NCBI GenBank assembly: GCA_049322615.1
Contig: JBMORX010000001.1
Span: forward strand, 6,715 to 70,714
Direction: 5' to 3'
Source: Patescibacteria group bacterium
GTDB taxonomy: Bacteria; Patescibacteriota; Microgenomatia; CAYGWK01
Length of the DNA: 64,000 bases
The notes below the pieces were generated by a model. That model did not search any database. It worked only from the letters and a program-made list of their open reading frames with translations, and had not been told where the DNA came from. Below, one piece after another: positions 47,720 through 57,814 of the stretch. The position numbers were made by a program, and so were the translations under genes. Position 1 is the stretch's first letter. Every line of letters starts with the position of its first letter.

Positions 47720-49840
47720 TTACCAGCTAGGTCGACGAGGACGGAAAAATCGGGGTTTTAAAGCTTGAGGGCGAAATTTCTGCCTTTCCTTTTGTTCACC
47801 AAAAAGCATCGAAAGATTAATCCTTTTTAGCTCGTCAATCTCCGTCACCCTCACTTTTACCTTTTGCCCAACAGAAACAATTTCTGATGGGTCTTTGACA
47901 AAACCAGGGGACATTTGCGAAACATGAATCAGACCTTCCTTTCCTGGTATTATCTCGACAAACGCCCCAAAAGGCTGAATTCTTTTGACGACTCCCTCGT
48001 AAATCTCACCAGGGCGAACCTCTTTGGTTAAACCACCAACCAAATCAACTGCCTTCTTTACCGAAGCTTCGTCAATTCCGGAGATATTGACTGTTCCGTC
48101 GTCTTCAATGTCAACCGTCGCTTGGGTTTCGGCGATTATTTTTCTAATTACTTTTCCACCTGGACCAATAACCTCACCAATCTTTTCCGGATCAACATGC
48201 AAAACAACTACTCGGGGGGCATACTGGGAAAGTCTTTCTCTCGGCTTGGGTAGGGCGCGGGTCATCTTTTCTAAAATAAAAAGTCTTGCCTGGCGGGCTT
48301 TTTTTATGGTCTCTTCAATTACATTACTGTCAAGTCCGGGGATTTTAACATCCAGCTGGACGGCGGTAATTCCATTTTTGCTTCCGGCAACCTTAAAATC
48401 CATATCTCCATTAAAATCCTCCATTCCTAAAATATCAGTCAAAATCATAAACTTCCCGTCTTTTCCCATCATTAATCCCATGGCAATCCCAGCGACAGGC
48501 TCTAAAATTGGTACTCCAGCGTCCATTAAAGAAAGACTCGAACCACAGGCTGAAGCCATTGAAGTTGAGCCGTTCGAAGATAAAACCTCGGAAACCAGAC
48601 GAATAGTGTAGGGAAATTCATCTACCGAAGGAATCACCGGTTCTAAGGCTTTCTCTGCTAAGGCTCCGTGTCCGATTTCTCGACGATTTGGGCCAACCAC
48701 TCTGCCTACCTCACCCATTGAATATGGCGGCATACTATAATGATGAATAAATCTTTTGGTTTCTTCTCCTTCTGGACTTTCAATTAACTGTTCAAGCGAA
48801 GGACTGCCAAGGGTTGTGACCGTTAAAACCTGGGTTTGACCCCGAGAAAAAAGGGCACTCCCATGAGTTCGAGGTAGAAGTCCAACCTCAATTTCGATTG
48901 GTCTTATCTCATCAGCCTCTCTCCCATCGATTCTTTTACCTGACAATGTCTTTTCTCTAACTGCCTTTTTGAAAACCTCATCAAAAATTTTCCCAATCTC
49001 CCTCTTTTTCTCTTCTGAAAATTCTTCCAAAATTGCAGTTTTTACCTCGAAACTCTCTATTTTATCCGAAAATATAAGGTCCATATTTTTCTTTATTGCT
49101 TTTTCTATCCTGCTTTTAATTTCCTGGTCTACATGCTCTTTCTCAACCTCTTTTTTGGGAACTCCTGCCTCTTTTGCCAAGGAAGAAATTAGAGAAATAA
49201 TTTTTGAAGCCTCTTGGCTTCCAAAGTTTATCGCCTCTAAAAATTTCTCTTCGGGAACCTGTTTGGCTGCTGCTTCAATCATTACTACCTTATCACCACT
49301 TGAGGAGACGACTAAATCTAGGTCAGAAAATTCCAATTCGCCATTAACTGGATTAACAAAACAACTTCCATCCTTAAGCCCTACTCTGACTGTTCCGACT
49401 GGTCCACTCCAGGGAATATCAGAAATCGCTAAAGCAGCCGAGGCGGCAATAACTGACAAGGTATCCGGACTATTCTCCAAATCAACCGACAGAACGGTAA
49501 TTGTTATCTGGGTCTCATTTAAATATTCTTTGGGAAAAAGTGGCCGGAGAGAGCGATCAACTAACCTACCAACTAAAATCGCTTCATCCGAGGGTCTTCC
49601 TTCTCGCTTTACCCAACGGGAGCCCTTAATTCTCCCCCCGGCGTAGAGCCTCTCAACGTACTCAATGTCCAAAGGAAGGTAGTCTAGATCCTCTCTCTTT
49701 GCTCCAGAGCAAACTGCGGCTAAAACCTCGGTGTCTCCATAACGGGCTAAAACTGCCGATTTTGCCTGATAAGCAATCCCGCCAGTCTCAAGCATCAAGG
49801 TTCTTCCTCCAATTTCTGCTGATTTGGAAATTTTTCTCAT
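47720..49840 (-). CDS. pnp: Polyribonucleotide nucleotidyltransferase
   Basis: RTHGSALFSRGQTQ, RREIGHG, SNGSTSMAS, GDMDFKVAG, KH and S1 domains. Confidence 0.98.
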   Translation of the reverse strand: MRKISKSAEIGGRTLMLETGGIAYQAKSAVLARYGDTEVLAAVCSGAKREDLDYLPLDIEYVERLYAGGRIKGSRWVKREGRPSDEAILVGRLVDRSLRPLFPKEYLNETQITITVLSVDLENSPDTLSVIAASAALAISDIPWSGPVGTVRVGLKDGSCFVNPVNGELEFSDLDLVVSSSGDKVVMIEAAAKQVPEEKFLEAINFGSQEASKIISLISSLAKEAGVPKKEVEKEHVDQEIKSRIEKAIKKNMDLIFSDKIESFEVKTAILEEFSEEKKREIGKIFDEVFKKAVREKTLSGKRIDGREADEIRPIEIEVGLLPRTHGSALFSRGQTQVLTVTTLGSPSLEQLIESPEGEETKRFIHHYSMPPYSMGEVGRVVGPNRREIGHGALAEKALEPVIPSVDEFPYTIRLVSEVLSSNGSTSMASACGSSLSLMDAGVPILEPVAGIAMGLMMGKDGKFMILTDILGMEDFNGDMDFKVAGSKNGITAVQLDVKIPGLDSNVIEETIKKARQARLFILEKMTRALPKPRERLSQYAPRVVVLHVDPEKIGEVIGPGGKVIRKIIAETQATVDIEDDGTVNISGIDEASVKKAVDLVGGLTKEVRPGEIYEGVVKRIQPFGAFVEIIPGKEGLIHVSQMSPGFVKDPSEIVSVGQKVKVRVTEIDELKRINLSMLFGEQKERQKFRPQALKPRFFRPRRPSW

Positions 49841-49844
49841 GAAG

Positions 49845-50114
49845 TTATTTTGGAAGATCGAGGTCTGAAATTACCTTTTTATAACGATCTTCATCTTTTT
49901 TTAAAAGATATGATAAAAGTCTTCTTCTTTTTGAGACCATAGACAAAAGTCCCCTTCTTGAATGAACATCCTTTTTATGGTCTTTAAGATGCTCGGTGAG
50001 TTTTTTTATTTTTTCGCTCAAAAGGGCAATTTGGACTTCAGGACTACCAGTATCACCCCGAACAGTGGCAAATTTTTCAATTATTTTTTTCTTTTCCTCT
50101 AAAGTCAGCGGCAT
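49845..50114 (-). CDS. rpsO: 30S ribosomal protein S15
   Basis: [23 protein letters not shown]. Confidence 0.98.
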   Translation of the reverse strand: MPLTLEEKKKIIEKFATVRGDTGSPEVQIALLSEKIKKLTEHLKDHKKDVHSRRGLLSMVSKRRRLLSYLLKKDEDRYKKVISDLDLPK

Positions 50115-50161
50115 AAGTACATTAATTATATCAAAAGTAAGTCTTGCTTCGCAAGAAGAGA

Positions 50162-50986
50162 TTATGGCAGGGTTGAGCCTTTGTAGATTTTGGGTTCAAG
50201 CCAGTCCGAGGGGGCCGCCGCTTGGGTTTTCTTCTCTTCTTTTGGAGGAGAAACCACCTCTCTTCTTCCTCCGGCTCGCAAACAGAAAGCCGCTGCCTCA
50301 AAGGTATCAGCGGAAACTTTCGGATTTTGAAAATTTTGCGTTGCCTCTCCTATTCCTTGGATTAAATTAGAGCCAATGTCTTCATCAATCGGCAAACCTA
50401 GACTCTGAATAATCGCCGCCACCGTCTCCGAACAAGAGGAAGACTCCAAATCCACCAGGTTTAATCTCCCGAAATTAGAATTTTGAGGGTTATTGTCAAT
50501 GTTGACTATCGGTTTTTCCTGAAAAATTACCTGGTTTTCTAAATATATTTTTCCTAAGCCTTCAACTTTCCTTGCGCCGACGGTAATAACAAGATCTACT
50601 CCTCCCCCAGATTGGTTAAAAATAATTTGTTCTTTAGTGATTGGCGAGACCCCTGCTTTCGGGGCAATAACTAAACTTAGGTGTTGACCATCATCTGTGG
50701 TTGAAATTTTATCAACATTCTCAATTGGGGTATTTATGGTTAAAACTAAATTTCCCCCTAAGATTTTATCAGTTATTTTATCAAGACCTACAAGGTGGGA
50801 GAACCCAACTGTCATTGGTTCGGGAGAGACGATATTGACACTTTTTCCTGTTTTTGAAAGACTTAAAAATAGAGAAAGACCGGCCGCTGCCTGATCTAAA
50901 GTAACGCTTTTAGGCAAGCAAATCAAAACATTTTTTGCTTCTCCTAAAAGTCTTTGAATTTCTGTGAAAGGATAATTCTTATTCAT
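50162..50986 (-). CDS. Degenerate DHH/NrnA-like protein
   Basis: DHH-type fold hints (VNIDNN where DHH is expected, SSCSE); downstream of infB. Confidence 0.7.
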   Translation of the reverse strand: MNKNYPFTEIQRLLGEAKNVLICLPKSVTLDQAAAGLSLFLSLSKTGKSVNIVSPEPMTVGFSHLVGLDKITDKILGGNLVLTINTPIENVDKISTTDDGQHLSLVIAPKAGVSPITKEQIIFNQSGGGVDLVITVGARKVEGLGKIYLENQVIFQEKPIVNIDNNPQNSNFGRLNLVDLESSSCSETVAAIIQSLGLPIDEDIGSNLIQGIGEATQNFQNPKVSADTFEAAAFCLRAGGRREVVSPPKEEKKTQAAAPSDWLEPKIYKGSTLP

Positions 50987-53900
50987 TTGTCTTGGGCAGG
51001 GCGGGCTGATATTAACACATCACCAACCTTGAAGTCAAGTGAGGGCGTGAAAACTGCGCCAAATTCTTCTCCTTCTAAAGCCTCGGAAATATCAGTTTTT
51101 TGATGTTTCATTGAAGAAATTTTTGTTTCTCCAACTTCCTTTCCCCCTCTTTGAAGAGACAAATTGCAAGTCTTATTTATTCTTCCTTCTAAAACCTTGC
51201 AACCAGCAATTCTTGTTCCGGAGATATTGAATCCCTTAATAATCACCGCTTTACCCAAGATTTCTCTTTCAACTTCAGGCAAAACTTTCTCCAGTCCTTT
51301 TTTCTCTACATCCTCCAAAAGTTCATAAATAATTTTATAGGTTTTTATCTTCACTTTTTCGGTTTCTGCCAGTTTCTCAACTTGAGAGGAGGCTTTGACA
51401 TTAAAACCAACAACTTCAGCGTTAATTGTCCGGGCAAGTAAAATATCAGATTCCAAGATGTCTCCAACGCCTGACATAACGATAAAAACATTTCCTGGTA
51501 AACTTCCTTTTATCGCCTCTCCAGAACCAAAAGAATCAGTTCTTAAAATAATTTTAAGTTTGTCTTTTGCTTCTTCTGGAATTTCAAGTTTTCCTATCTC
51601 CCTGGGCAAAGCTTGGGGAGTTGTTAGTTCTTCTATTTTCTCCACCTTGGCTCCCACTAAAGGAAAACTCTCAAAACCCCAAACTTCGACTGGCTGACCA
51701 GGTTTAGCCTCAGTTAAATTCCTGCCATTTTCATCCATCATTCCTCGAACTCGAGTGGAAACTTTCTCAACCAAAATCTGCTCACCTGTCCTTAGGGTAC
51801 CATTTTTGACAATCATCGTTCCCACCATCCCCCTCCTATCCATTTTTGATTCAATAACGACAGCCTCAAGGGGCGCTTGCGGGTCGCTTTTAATTTCTTC
51901 CATCTCCCCCAAAAGAAGAATCATCTCTAGAAGTTCTTCTATTCCTTGTCCGGTCTTGGCTGAAACTGGGACGCAGACGATATCTCCACCATATCCCTCA
52001 ACTAAAACTCCATTATCAGCTAGCTGTTTTTTTACTTTCTCTGGGTCGATTCCAGGGAGATCAATTTTACTTATGGCAACTAAGAATGGCACTTGGGCTT
52101 CCTTGATATGCTCTAAAGACTCTAGGGTTTGGGGCATGACACCATCATCAGCCGCTACCACCAAAACGACAATATCAGCCACGTTTGCCCCTCGAGACCG
52201 CATGGCGGAAAAAGCCTGATGTCCTGGAGTATCAATGAAGGTGATCTTGCGTGTTTGGTCCACAAGGTCATCCTGAGCTTGCCGAAGGATCCCTCGACTC
52301 TCTTCGGTCGCTCGGGATGACGGTTCCACCGTCACCTGATAAGCGCCTATTTTTTGGGTAATTCCCCCGGCTTCCCTTTCAGCGACGTGTGTTTGGCGGA
52401 TACGGTCAAGAAGGGTGGTATTGTGAATAACGATACGCTCAGCAATAAAGTTATGCGTGTCAGGGACAGTAAAATCGTACACAAATTTATCCCGTGCTCT
52501 TATTTTTTCTACCTTGCGAACTCTCACAGAACTTAAACTGGTATTTAAAACCGCTCCCATCTGATTCTTAAATTTTAGTAATCCTAAAGAAGATAGGTGT
52601 TTTAAAAAAGGACGAGTTAAAAACCCGCTGGTTTTCTGGTAACTGCCCCAATACGGAATTACCTTGTTGTTAGTTTTAATTCCCTTTAAAAACTGAGAAG
52701 TTAAAGGAGTAAAATCAAAAATTCTACTCACCGAGGACCTAGTTAAAGCATTTTTAATTCTTGTTTTCTTATAATCAAGCCGTAAATTAAATTGTCGTAA
52801 GAAAATCTCAAGATAAGGCTTGTTGGCGATACGCAAATAAGTATAACCATTCTTGCGATAGAGCGTACTGTGGATGCCAAAGTGAAGTAAGGTCACGCCT
52901 ACCTGTCTTAACAAAATCTCACTTCTGCTTGTAAATTCGGCGCTGTAATTAATTTCCGAAACATAGCCGTCGGTATCAAAAAGGCCAGCAATAAATTCTC
53001 TCATTAACGGAAGGGAACGGGTTATTAACGAAGGCACCCCTACCTCCGAGCTTTTCCGAAGGAGGGGAATATCGAAAATCTCTGTCATAAAACGTCGCAA
53101 TGTTTTACCGCCAGTGGTATAACTCTTGAGGGCGGGATGACCGCGCCTAGTTTGAGTAGCGACACCAAATATTTCCTCCATGTATTTCCTAAAAGTTCCA
53201 TAAACCTGAGCATCATTGTTGTGAAGGAAGATATTGTTCTCATTAAGGCTACCATCACCGACAATACAGCCAGTAATATAAGCCAATTTAGTAAAATCTG
53301 TTTTGGTTTTAGGGAGAATAATTTTGTTACTTGTGTGTCCAACTCGCCATTTTGGGGAAGCATTCTTGACTGCCGTTATAAAATCATAAAGCTCCTCATC
53401 AGTAAAACCCAGAATAGAACCAAGATTAAGATAGTCCTGGAGGCGCAACCGTCTTTTTCCAAGCTGCGTCCGGGCATCAGTCGTGAATAAATTCTTTCTC
53501 ACAAGATCGCTGGTTTTGCATTTTTGGATTTTTTGCCAAAACCTTTCTGCTTCTTTATGTAAAAAAATTACCCAATTCCCCCGAGCTATCATCCTTTGCA
53601 AAATATCTCTTTTAATATCTTTCAGGCTTGCCGAGCGGATAGGTAAATCTTTCGGCACAATGACAAAATCACCTACTGTTAACTGTTCTGCTTTCTTTTG
53701 GATGATTTCTCCATGGGGAGTAAAAAGATAGAAAGGATGCTCTCCTGTCGTCACCACCCTATCACCCGAATAAAGTGCTGTCCTAACAAGGTACTTTGGA
53801 GAATTTAGTTTCCAAAGATGAGAAACGCGACGCGTGGTTATTCTTTTTCCATCAAAGCTAAAAACTTTAAGTAAACCTTTCAATTCAAACCTTGATCCGT

Positions 53901-54087
53901 CTGGAAATTTTTCTTCTTGAAGACTGCCGGAATAAATCTCGAAAATTTTGGCGGCGGTAAGAACTCTACCGTCGGCGAGGGGAATTAACGTCTCACCGGT
54001 AACGCACTTTCCATGGTCAACGTGTCCTAAAACCGCCACAATCGGCGGCCGGGTAAAAGCTTTGCTTTTCTCTTCTTTTTTGGCCAT
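50983..54087 (-). CDS. infB: Translation initiation factor IF-2 (short form, ~505-aa extein) with an intein
   Basis: RPPIVAVLGHVDHGK|intein|TTLLDRIR, DTPGHQAF, DDGVMPQT. Confidence 0.97.
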   Translation of the reverse strand: MAKKEEKSKAFTRPPIVAVLGHVDHGKCVTGETLIPLADGRVLTAAKIFEIYSGSLQEEKFPDGSRFELKGLLKVFSFDGKRITTRRVSHLWKLNSPKYLVRTALYSGDRVVTTGEHPFYLFTPHGEIIQKKAEQLTVGDFVIVPKDLPIRSASLKDIKRDILQRMIARGNWVIFLHKEAERFWQKIQKCKTSDLVRKNLFTTDARTQLGKRRLRLQDYLNLGSILGFTDEELYDFITAVKNASPKWRVGHTSNKIILPKTKTDFTKLAYITGCIVGDGSLNENNIFLHNNDAQVYGTFRKYMEEIFGVATQTRRGHPALKSYTTGGKTLRRFMTEIFDIPLLRKSSEVGVPSLITRSLPLMREFIAGLFDTDGYVSEINYSAEFTSRSEILLRQVGVTLLHFGIHSTLYRKNGYTYLRIANKPYLEIFLRQFNLRLDYKKTRIKNALTRSSVSRIFDFTPLTSQFLKGIKTNNKVIPYWGSYQKTSGFLTRPFLKHLSSLGLLKFKNQMGAVLNTSLSSVRVRKVEKIRARDKFVYDFTVPDTHNFIAERIVIHNTTLLDRIRQTHVAEREAGGITQKIGAYQVTVEPSSRATEESRGILRQAQDDLVDQTRKITFIDTPGHQAFSAMRSRGANVADIVVLVVAADDGVMPQTLESLEHIKEAQVPFLVAISKIDLPGIDPEKVKKQLADNGVLVEGYGGDIVCVPVSAKTGQGIEELLEMILLLGEMEEIKSDPQAPLEAVVIESKMDRRGMVGTMIVKNGTLRTGEQILVEKVSTRVRGMMDENGRNLTEAKPGQPVEVWGFESFPLVGAKVEKIEELTTPQALPREIGKLEIPEEAKDKLKIILRTDSFGSGEAIKGSLPGNVFIVMSGVGDILESDILLARTINAEVVGFNVKASSQVEKLAETEKVKIKTYKIIYELLEDVEKKGLEKVLPEVEREILGKAVIIKGFNISGTRIAGCKVLEGRINKTCNLSLQRGGKEVGETKISSMKHQKTDISEALEGEEFGAVFTPSLDFKVGDVLISARPAQDK
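52267..52321. repeat. In-frame palindromic element in infB (PSSRATEESRGILRQAQDD)
   Basis: gtcatcctgagc...gctcgggatgac. Confidence 0.85.
52420..54006 (-). mobile_element. 529-aa intein with LAGLIDADG homing endonuclease, in the IF-2 P-loop
   Basis: Block A CVTGETLI, block B VTTGEHPF, LAYITGCIVGDG and FIAGLFDTDG, VYDFTV...HNF...IHN then T+1. Confidence 0.95.
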
Positions 54088-54093
54088 TTTTTC

Positions 54094-55188
54094 TCACTTC
54101 TTTTTTGTTTTTTTTGTTTTTTTCTGTGCTTTCTGCTTGCCCGCCGTAGCCTTGCTCGGCCTCCGCAGCCGCTTCGGCGAAGGAGGCGCGGAGGCGGGTG
54201 TTGCAGGTTTTCCCTCTCCTTCACCCATAATATCAATTTTGTAGCCAGTCAATTTTGCCGCCAGCCTGACGTTTTCTCCCTTTTTGCCAATTGCCAAAGA
54301 TAATTGATCCCCAGGGACAACCACTTTAGCAGTTTTTAGTTTTTCATTAAGCTCAACGCTTATTCCCTGAGCTGGAGATAAAGAGGCGGTAATAAATTTT
54401 TCTGGATTATCGCTGTGCTGAATGATATCGATTTTTTCCCCATTTAACTCTTCAATTACTTCCTGAACCCTAACCCCTTTTTGACCAACGCATGAGCCAA
54501 CTGGATCAACTCCGGCTTGATTTGAGAAAACAGCAATTTTAGTCCTTCCTCCCGGTTCTCGGGCAATGGCGGCAATTTCAACTGCTCCTGAGGAGACTTC
54601 AGGTACTTCTCGTTTAAAAAGTCCTTCCACCAAACCCCTTGAGGCTCGAGAAACAATAATTTGTTGACCGCGAGGTCCCTCTTTAATTCCTTCAATATAA
54701 AACGTCAGTCTTTGATTAAGCTTGTAGCCCTCGCTTCTGACTTGTTCTGAAGGAGGCATAACCGCCTCGGTTTTACCAATATCAACCACAATGTTAGGAC
54801 CATCAAAACGGAGAATCATTCCCGAAACTAGAGTGCCTATTCTTTGCGAATACTCATCCAAAATAGCACTTTTCTCAGCCTCGCGGATTTTTTGCAAGAT
54901 TACTTGTTTTGCGGTCTGAGCGGCAATTCTTCCAAATCCAGGGGGGGTAATATCTTCTCTTTTTTTGCCCTTTTTCTGAAAAATCTTTGCTTCGCCTGAA
55001 GAAGGGTTTATTTCAACTTCAAATTCTTCTTCTTCAGGAATTACTATTCCCCGCTCCCGGGCATCCCGCCGGTAGGCGGCGACAATGGCTGCCTTAATTG
55101 TTTCCAAAACCACCTCGGGCTCAATCCCTCTTTCTGTGGCAACTTGAGTTAAGGCAGTGGCAAATTCAGTTCTTGGTATATAAGCCAT
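54094..55188 (-). CDS. nusA: Transcription factor NusA (start moved to 55188)
   Basis: FGRIAAQTAKQVI, AREPGGRTKIAV, DPVGSCVG, LSLAIGKKGENVRLA. Confidence 0.97.
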   Translation of the reverse strand: MAYIPRTEFATALTQVATERGIEPEVVLETIKAAIVAAYRRDARERGIVIPEEEEFEVEINPSSGEAKIFQKKGKKREDITPPGFGRIAAQTAKQVILQKIREAEKSAILDEYSQRIGTLVSGMILRFDGPNIVVDIGKTEAVMPPSEQVRSEGYKLNQRLTFYIEGIKEGPRGQQIIVSRASRGLVEGLFKREVPEVSSGAVEIAAIAREPGGRTKIAVFSNQAGVDPVGSCVGQKGVRVQEVIEELNGEKIDIIQHSDNPEKFITASLSPAQGISVELNEKLKTAKVVVPGDQLSLAIGKKGENVRLAAKLTGYKIDIMGEGEGKPATPASAPPSPKRLRRPSKATAGKQKAQKKTKKTKKK

Positions 55189-55196
55189 AATAGTAT

Positions 55197-55261
55197 CGCA
55201 GAAACGCAAAATTTTCTGCGTTTTCGCGCCCCGATTTAATCGGGGTTCCGCGCCTTTGCGT
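55197..55261. repeat. Palindromic element, inverted copy of the 3893 family
   Basis: Reverse complement gcgcggaaccccgattaaatcggggcgcgaaaacgcagaaaattttgcgtttc. Confidence 0.8.
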
Positions 55262-55266
55262 ATCTT

Positions 55267-55289
55267 AAAAAGGTGGGTTCTTCCCACCT
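55267..55289 (-). promoter_or_regulatory. rimP/nusA-leader-like hairpin (no rimP gene here)
   Basis: AGGTGGG-AAGAA-CCCACCT-TTTT upstream of nusA. Confidence 0.6.
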
Positions 55290-55368
55290 TCAGAACGTCT
55301 GACGTTCTCAATCTCACTTAAACTTAAGAAAAATTCTATCACGAAGACTTTCAGAAGTCAAACAAAAA

Positions 55369-56127
55369 TTACGGACAATTTAAAGCCTTGCGCCAACCGG
55401 CTGCTTTGGCTTCTTCTTCTGAACAAAACCAGCGTTCGCCCCGGCTCTCATCTATTTTGGTTTTGGCATAAGAACCACAAGTTTGAAGATGATAAATTTT
55501 TTCTCCAGAGGAGCTGATGTTTCCCTTAATATTACAATCAGCCGAAATCTTGCCGCTGGGGGATGGGCTGGAAACTGTTGGTGATGCCAAAGGACAAGCG
55601 GACCAAAGTCCTCGATTTTCTCTTCTGGCTTCTGCCTCGGCGGCAAGAATTTCAGTTTGATGTTTTACGTCTGGCGGATAGGTGTAAGAAGTGGCAAAAC
55701 CAAGTTTTACCAACTCAAGATTAACAAAGACGACTTGTCCTGAGCCTGTCGAAGGATCCACGTAAACATAGCGCAAAAGCCTGCCATACTTATCTTTGTC
55801 AGAAATATCTTTTTCCAAACGAACATTTTTCCCTTCAACCAATTCTTTATTCTTCCTTGAAGCCTCAACCCCAAAACATTGAACTGGTTTTCGGGGATCA
55901 ACTGTTTCTGGAGTATCAATCCCTAAATAGCGTACCCGTTCACCACCTTCGATTTCGATAGTATCACCGTCAATTACCCGAGTTACTTTAAAAGTTTCTG
56001 AAACTGGCAATGGCAAGGAAGATTTATTATCAATGTTTACTCGACCTAAAAGAAAACCAATCAGAAGAAGGAAAATCCCGCCAGCCAGAAAAACAAGGCT
56101 CTTTTTCTCAATTTTCACCAAAACCAT
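55369..56127 (-). CDS. Membrane-anchored thermonuclease (second SNase paralog)
   Basis: [34 protein letters not shown]...WFCSEEEA. Confidence 0.93.
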   Translation of the reverse strand: MVLVKIEKKSLVFLAGGIFLLLIGFLLGRVNIDNKSSLPLPVSETFKVTRVIDGDTIEIEGGERVRYLGIDTPETVDPRKPVQCFGVEASRKNKELVEGKNVRLEKDISDKDKYGRLLRYVYVDPSTGSGQVVFVNLELVKLGFATSYTYPPDVKHQTEILAAEAEARRENRGLWSACPLASPTVSSPSPSGKISADCNIKGNISSSGEKIYHLQTCGSYAKTKIDESRGERWFCSEEEAKAAGWRKALNCP

Positions 56128-56132
56128 GATAA

Positions 56133-56786
56133 TTAATCAAATTCGGCGATGAGTTTATGCCAACGGCAAAATTCACACTCGGTATGTTCTTTTGGAATTG
56201 GTCTTTGGAGGGTTTCGACGGCTTTGTTAATTAAATTTTGGGCATCATTTAAATTTGTTTTTATTTCTTCTGGAGTAATTTCAAATTTGAAGATTCCGCC
56301 TTCCTGCTCACTTTTTGGGTAAAAATAAATTAAATAAGAAGTTCCGTCGGTTTTATAACCATTTTTATCCAAAAGAAAAGTATAAAGATCAAGCTGGTGT
56401 TGATAAAATTCTTTGGTTTCCCCTTTTGCCTCCGATGCTCGGGTTTTAAAATCAATCGGAATAAAAATTTCGCCATCTTGCAAAACATCATCAAAAGCAC
56501 CGTATAAGGACCACTCCTCGTTTCCTATTCTTAAGCTTGTTTTCCAATTTCGCCAGCGATTTAATAATTCTTGATCATCGAAAAGAACACCTCTGACTTT
56601 TCCTTGTATTTCCGGAGGTAATTTTCCTCGATATTTGTCAAAATATTCTTTAATAATTAAATCCATTCCGCCAGGAAGTGAGGGAAAAGCCCCACCCGGT
56701 CGTTTATGACCGCGATTTACATGAAGCCAAAAACACCGCGGACACTCTTTATAAATTCCCAACAGAAACGGCGAAAGAAAAATCAT
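56133..56786 (-). CDS. PD-(D/E)XK nuclease, RecB/Cas4-like (probable Fe-S Cys)
   Basis: ECPRCFW, GAFDD, PIDFKT, QLDLY, CEFC. Confidence 0.88.
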   Translation of the reverse strand: MIFLSPFLLGIYKECPRCFWLHVNRGHKRPGGAFPSLPGGMDLIIKEYFDKYRGKLPPEIQGKVRGVLFDDQELLNRWRNWKTSLRIGNEEWSLYGAFDDVLQDGEIFIPIDFKTRASEAKGETKEFYQHQLDLYTFLLDKNGYKTDGTSYLIYFYPKSEQEGGIFKFEITPEEIKTNLNDAQNLINKAVETLQRPIPKEHTECEFCRWHKLIAEFD

Positions 56787-56789
56787 AAT

Positions 56790-57506
56790 TCAATTCTTCC
56801 CTTCTTCACTCAAATTAAATTCTAAATTAATAATTTTTGCTAAATCCAATGACGCTTTGCCTAAACGAACCATCTTGCTCCTTAATGGTCGCAAAGGCTT
56901 ATGCTCGGCAAGATTGGCTAAGGCCTCACCTACCGAAATTAATCCATTAACAACAATAAAAGCCGAGGTTTCGGCATCAAAAGTTCGAAGCTCTGGGTCT
57001 TTTTCTTTTTCATCTTCCAACCTTGAAGTTAAAGCCCGGTAAATTTTGGCTCGAATTAATGGTTGGTAATGAGAAATAACCTCCATATTTTCCAAAACAA
57101 GCCTTTCATTAGTCTCGATAGGAACTATCTCTAAATTTTTTAAAAGTTTTTCTAATCTTTTTGAAAATTTTTCAACTAAATTATAAAGAGGAAATTTTTC
57201 TGGTTCCGGGGGTGGCTCGTAATCCGAATCGTCAATTTTACTTAAATCAATTCCCCATTTTTTCGCCCCTTTTTCGATAAGTCTCATTGTCTTTTCAAAA
57301 CTTTCTTTAACCGTCACAAAAACATATTCCCAAGAGTCAGGATCTTTACCTTGCTTTATCCACTTTTCTCTTGATTTTTGCTCGTCCTGAAAAACTTTGC
57401 AGATTTCCGTTAAGTTGCATCTCTCGCACCAACGATCACAATAATTAAAAGGAAGATGATAAAAATCTTTTTTGTCAATCCAGGGTGGTCTTATTGCTCC
57501 AGCCAT
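56790..57506 (-). CDS. Hypothetical protein with Cys-rich N-terminus
   Basis: FNYCDRWCERC..TEIC. Confidence 0.75.
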   Translation of the reverse strand: MAGAIRPPWIDKKDFYHLPFNYCDRWCERCNLTEICKVFQDEQKSREKWIKQGKDPDSWEYVFVTVKESFEKTMRLIEKGAKKWGIDLSKIDDSDYEPPPEPEKFPLYNLVEKFSKRLEKLLKNLEIVPIETNERLVLENMEVISHYQPLIRAKIYRALTSRLEDEKEKDPELRTFDAETSAFIVVNGLISVGEALANLAEHKPLRPLRSKMVRLGKASLDLAKIINLEFNLSEEGKN

Positions 57507-57531
57507 TTCATTCTAAATTGTAGCAAATTTT

Positions 57532-57555
57532 GGGGCGGGATTTTAAGAGGTCAAA
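57532..57555. repeat. Cassette-boundary repeat, copy 1 (short)
   Basis: ggggcgggattttaagaggtcaaa. Confidence 0.8.
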
Positions 57556-57564
57556 AAGTTGGTT

Positions 57565-57681
57565 TTATTCTTTGCCGAAAAGGCTTTTAATCCAGTTTAT
57601 AAGTGAGCGCAACCAGTCTATGAGAGAGACGGCTCTATCAACTTTCTCTCGACCCTCTTCCAGTTTATCTAAAGTTTCCAT
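57565..57681 (-). CDS. 38-aa peptide with amphipathic C-terminal helix (not in ORF track)
   Basis: METLDKLEEGREKVDRAVSLIDWLRSLINWIKSLFGKE*; TATAAT 6 nt upstream; fills the gap between two repeats. Confidence 0.65.
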   Translation of the reverse strand: METLDKLEEGREKVDRAVSLIDWLRSLINWIKSLFGKE

Positions 57682-57730
57682 ATTCCAATTATACAACAAC
57701 CCTTCCCAGGAAGTTTACCCTGAATGAAAT

Positions 57731-57770
57731 GAGGGGGAATTTTAAGGGCCCAAATCCCGAGGTGGAAAAA
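57731..57770. repeat. Cassette-boundary repeat, copy 2
   Basis: gagggggaattttaagggcccaaatcccgaggtggaaaaa. Confidence 0.8.
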
Positions 57771-57780
57771 ACTTTGCCAC

Positions 57781-57808
57781 TTGACAAGGGGTTTATTTTA
57801 GGTATAAT
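57781..57808 (+). promoter_or_regulatory. Consensus sigma70 promoter with no ORF downstream
   Basis: TTGACA-16 nt-TATAAT. Confidence 0.7.
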
Positions 57809-57814
57809 ATCGTC

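Noticed and set aside
48024-49646. Long plus-strand ORFs (195 and 225 aa) and the many other antisense ORFs in the track
   Set aside because: They are shadows of conserved minus-strand genes and show no motifs of their own.
56133-56786. Cas4 of a CRISPR system
   Set aside because: Stand-alone PD-(D/E)XK nuclease with no cas1/cas2 or array.
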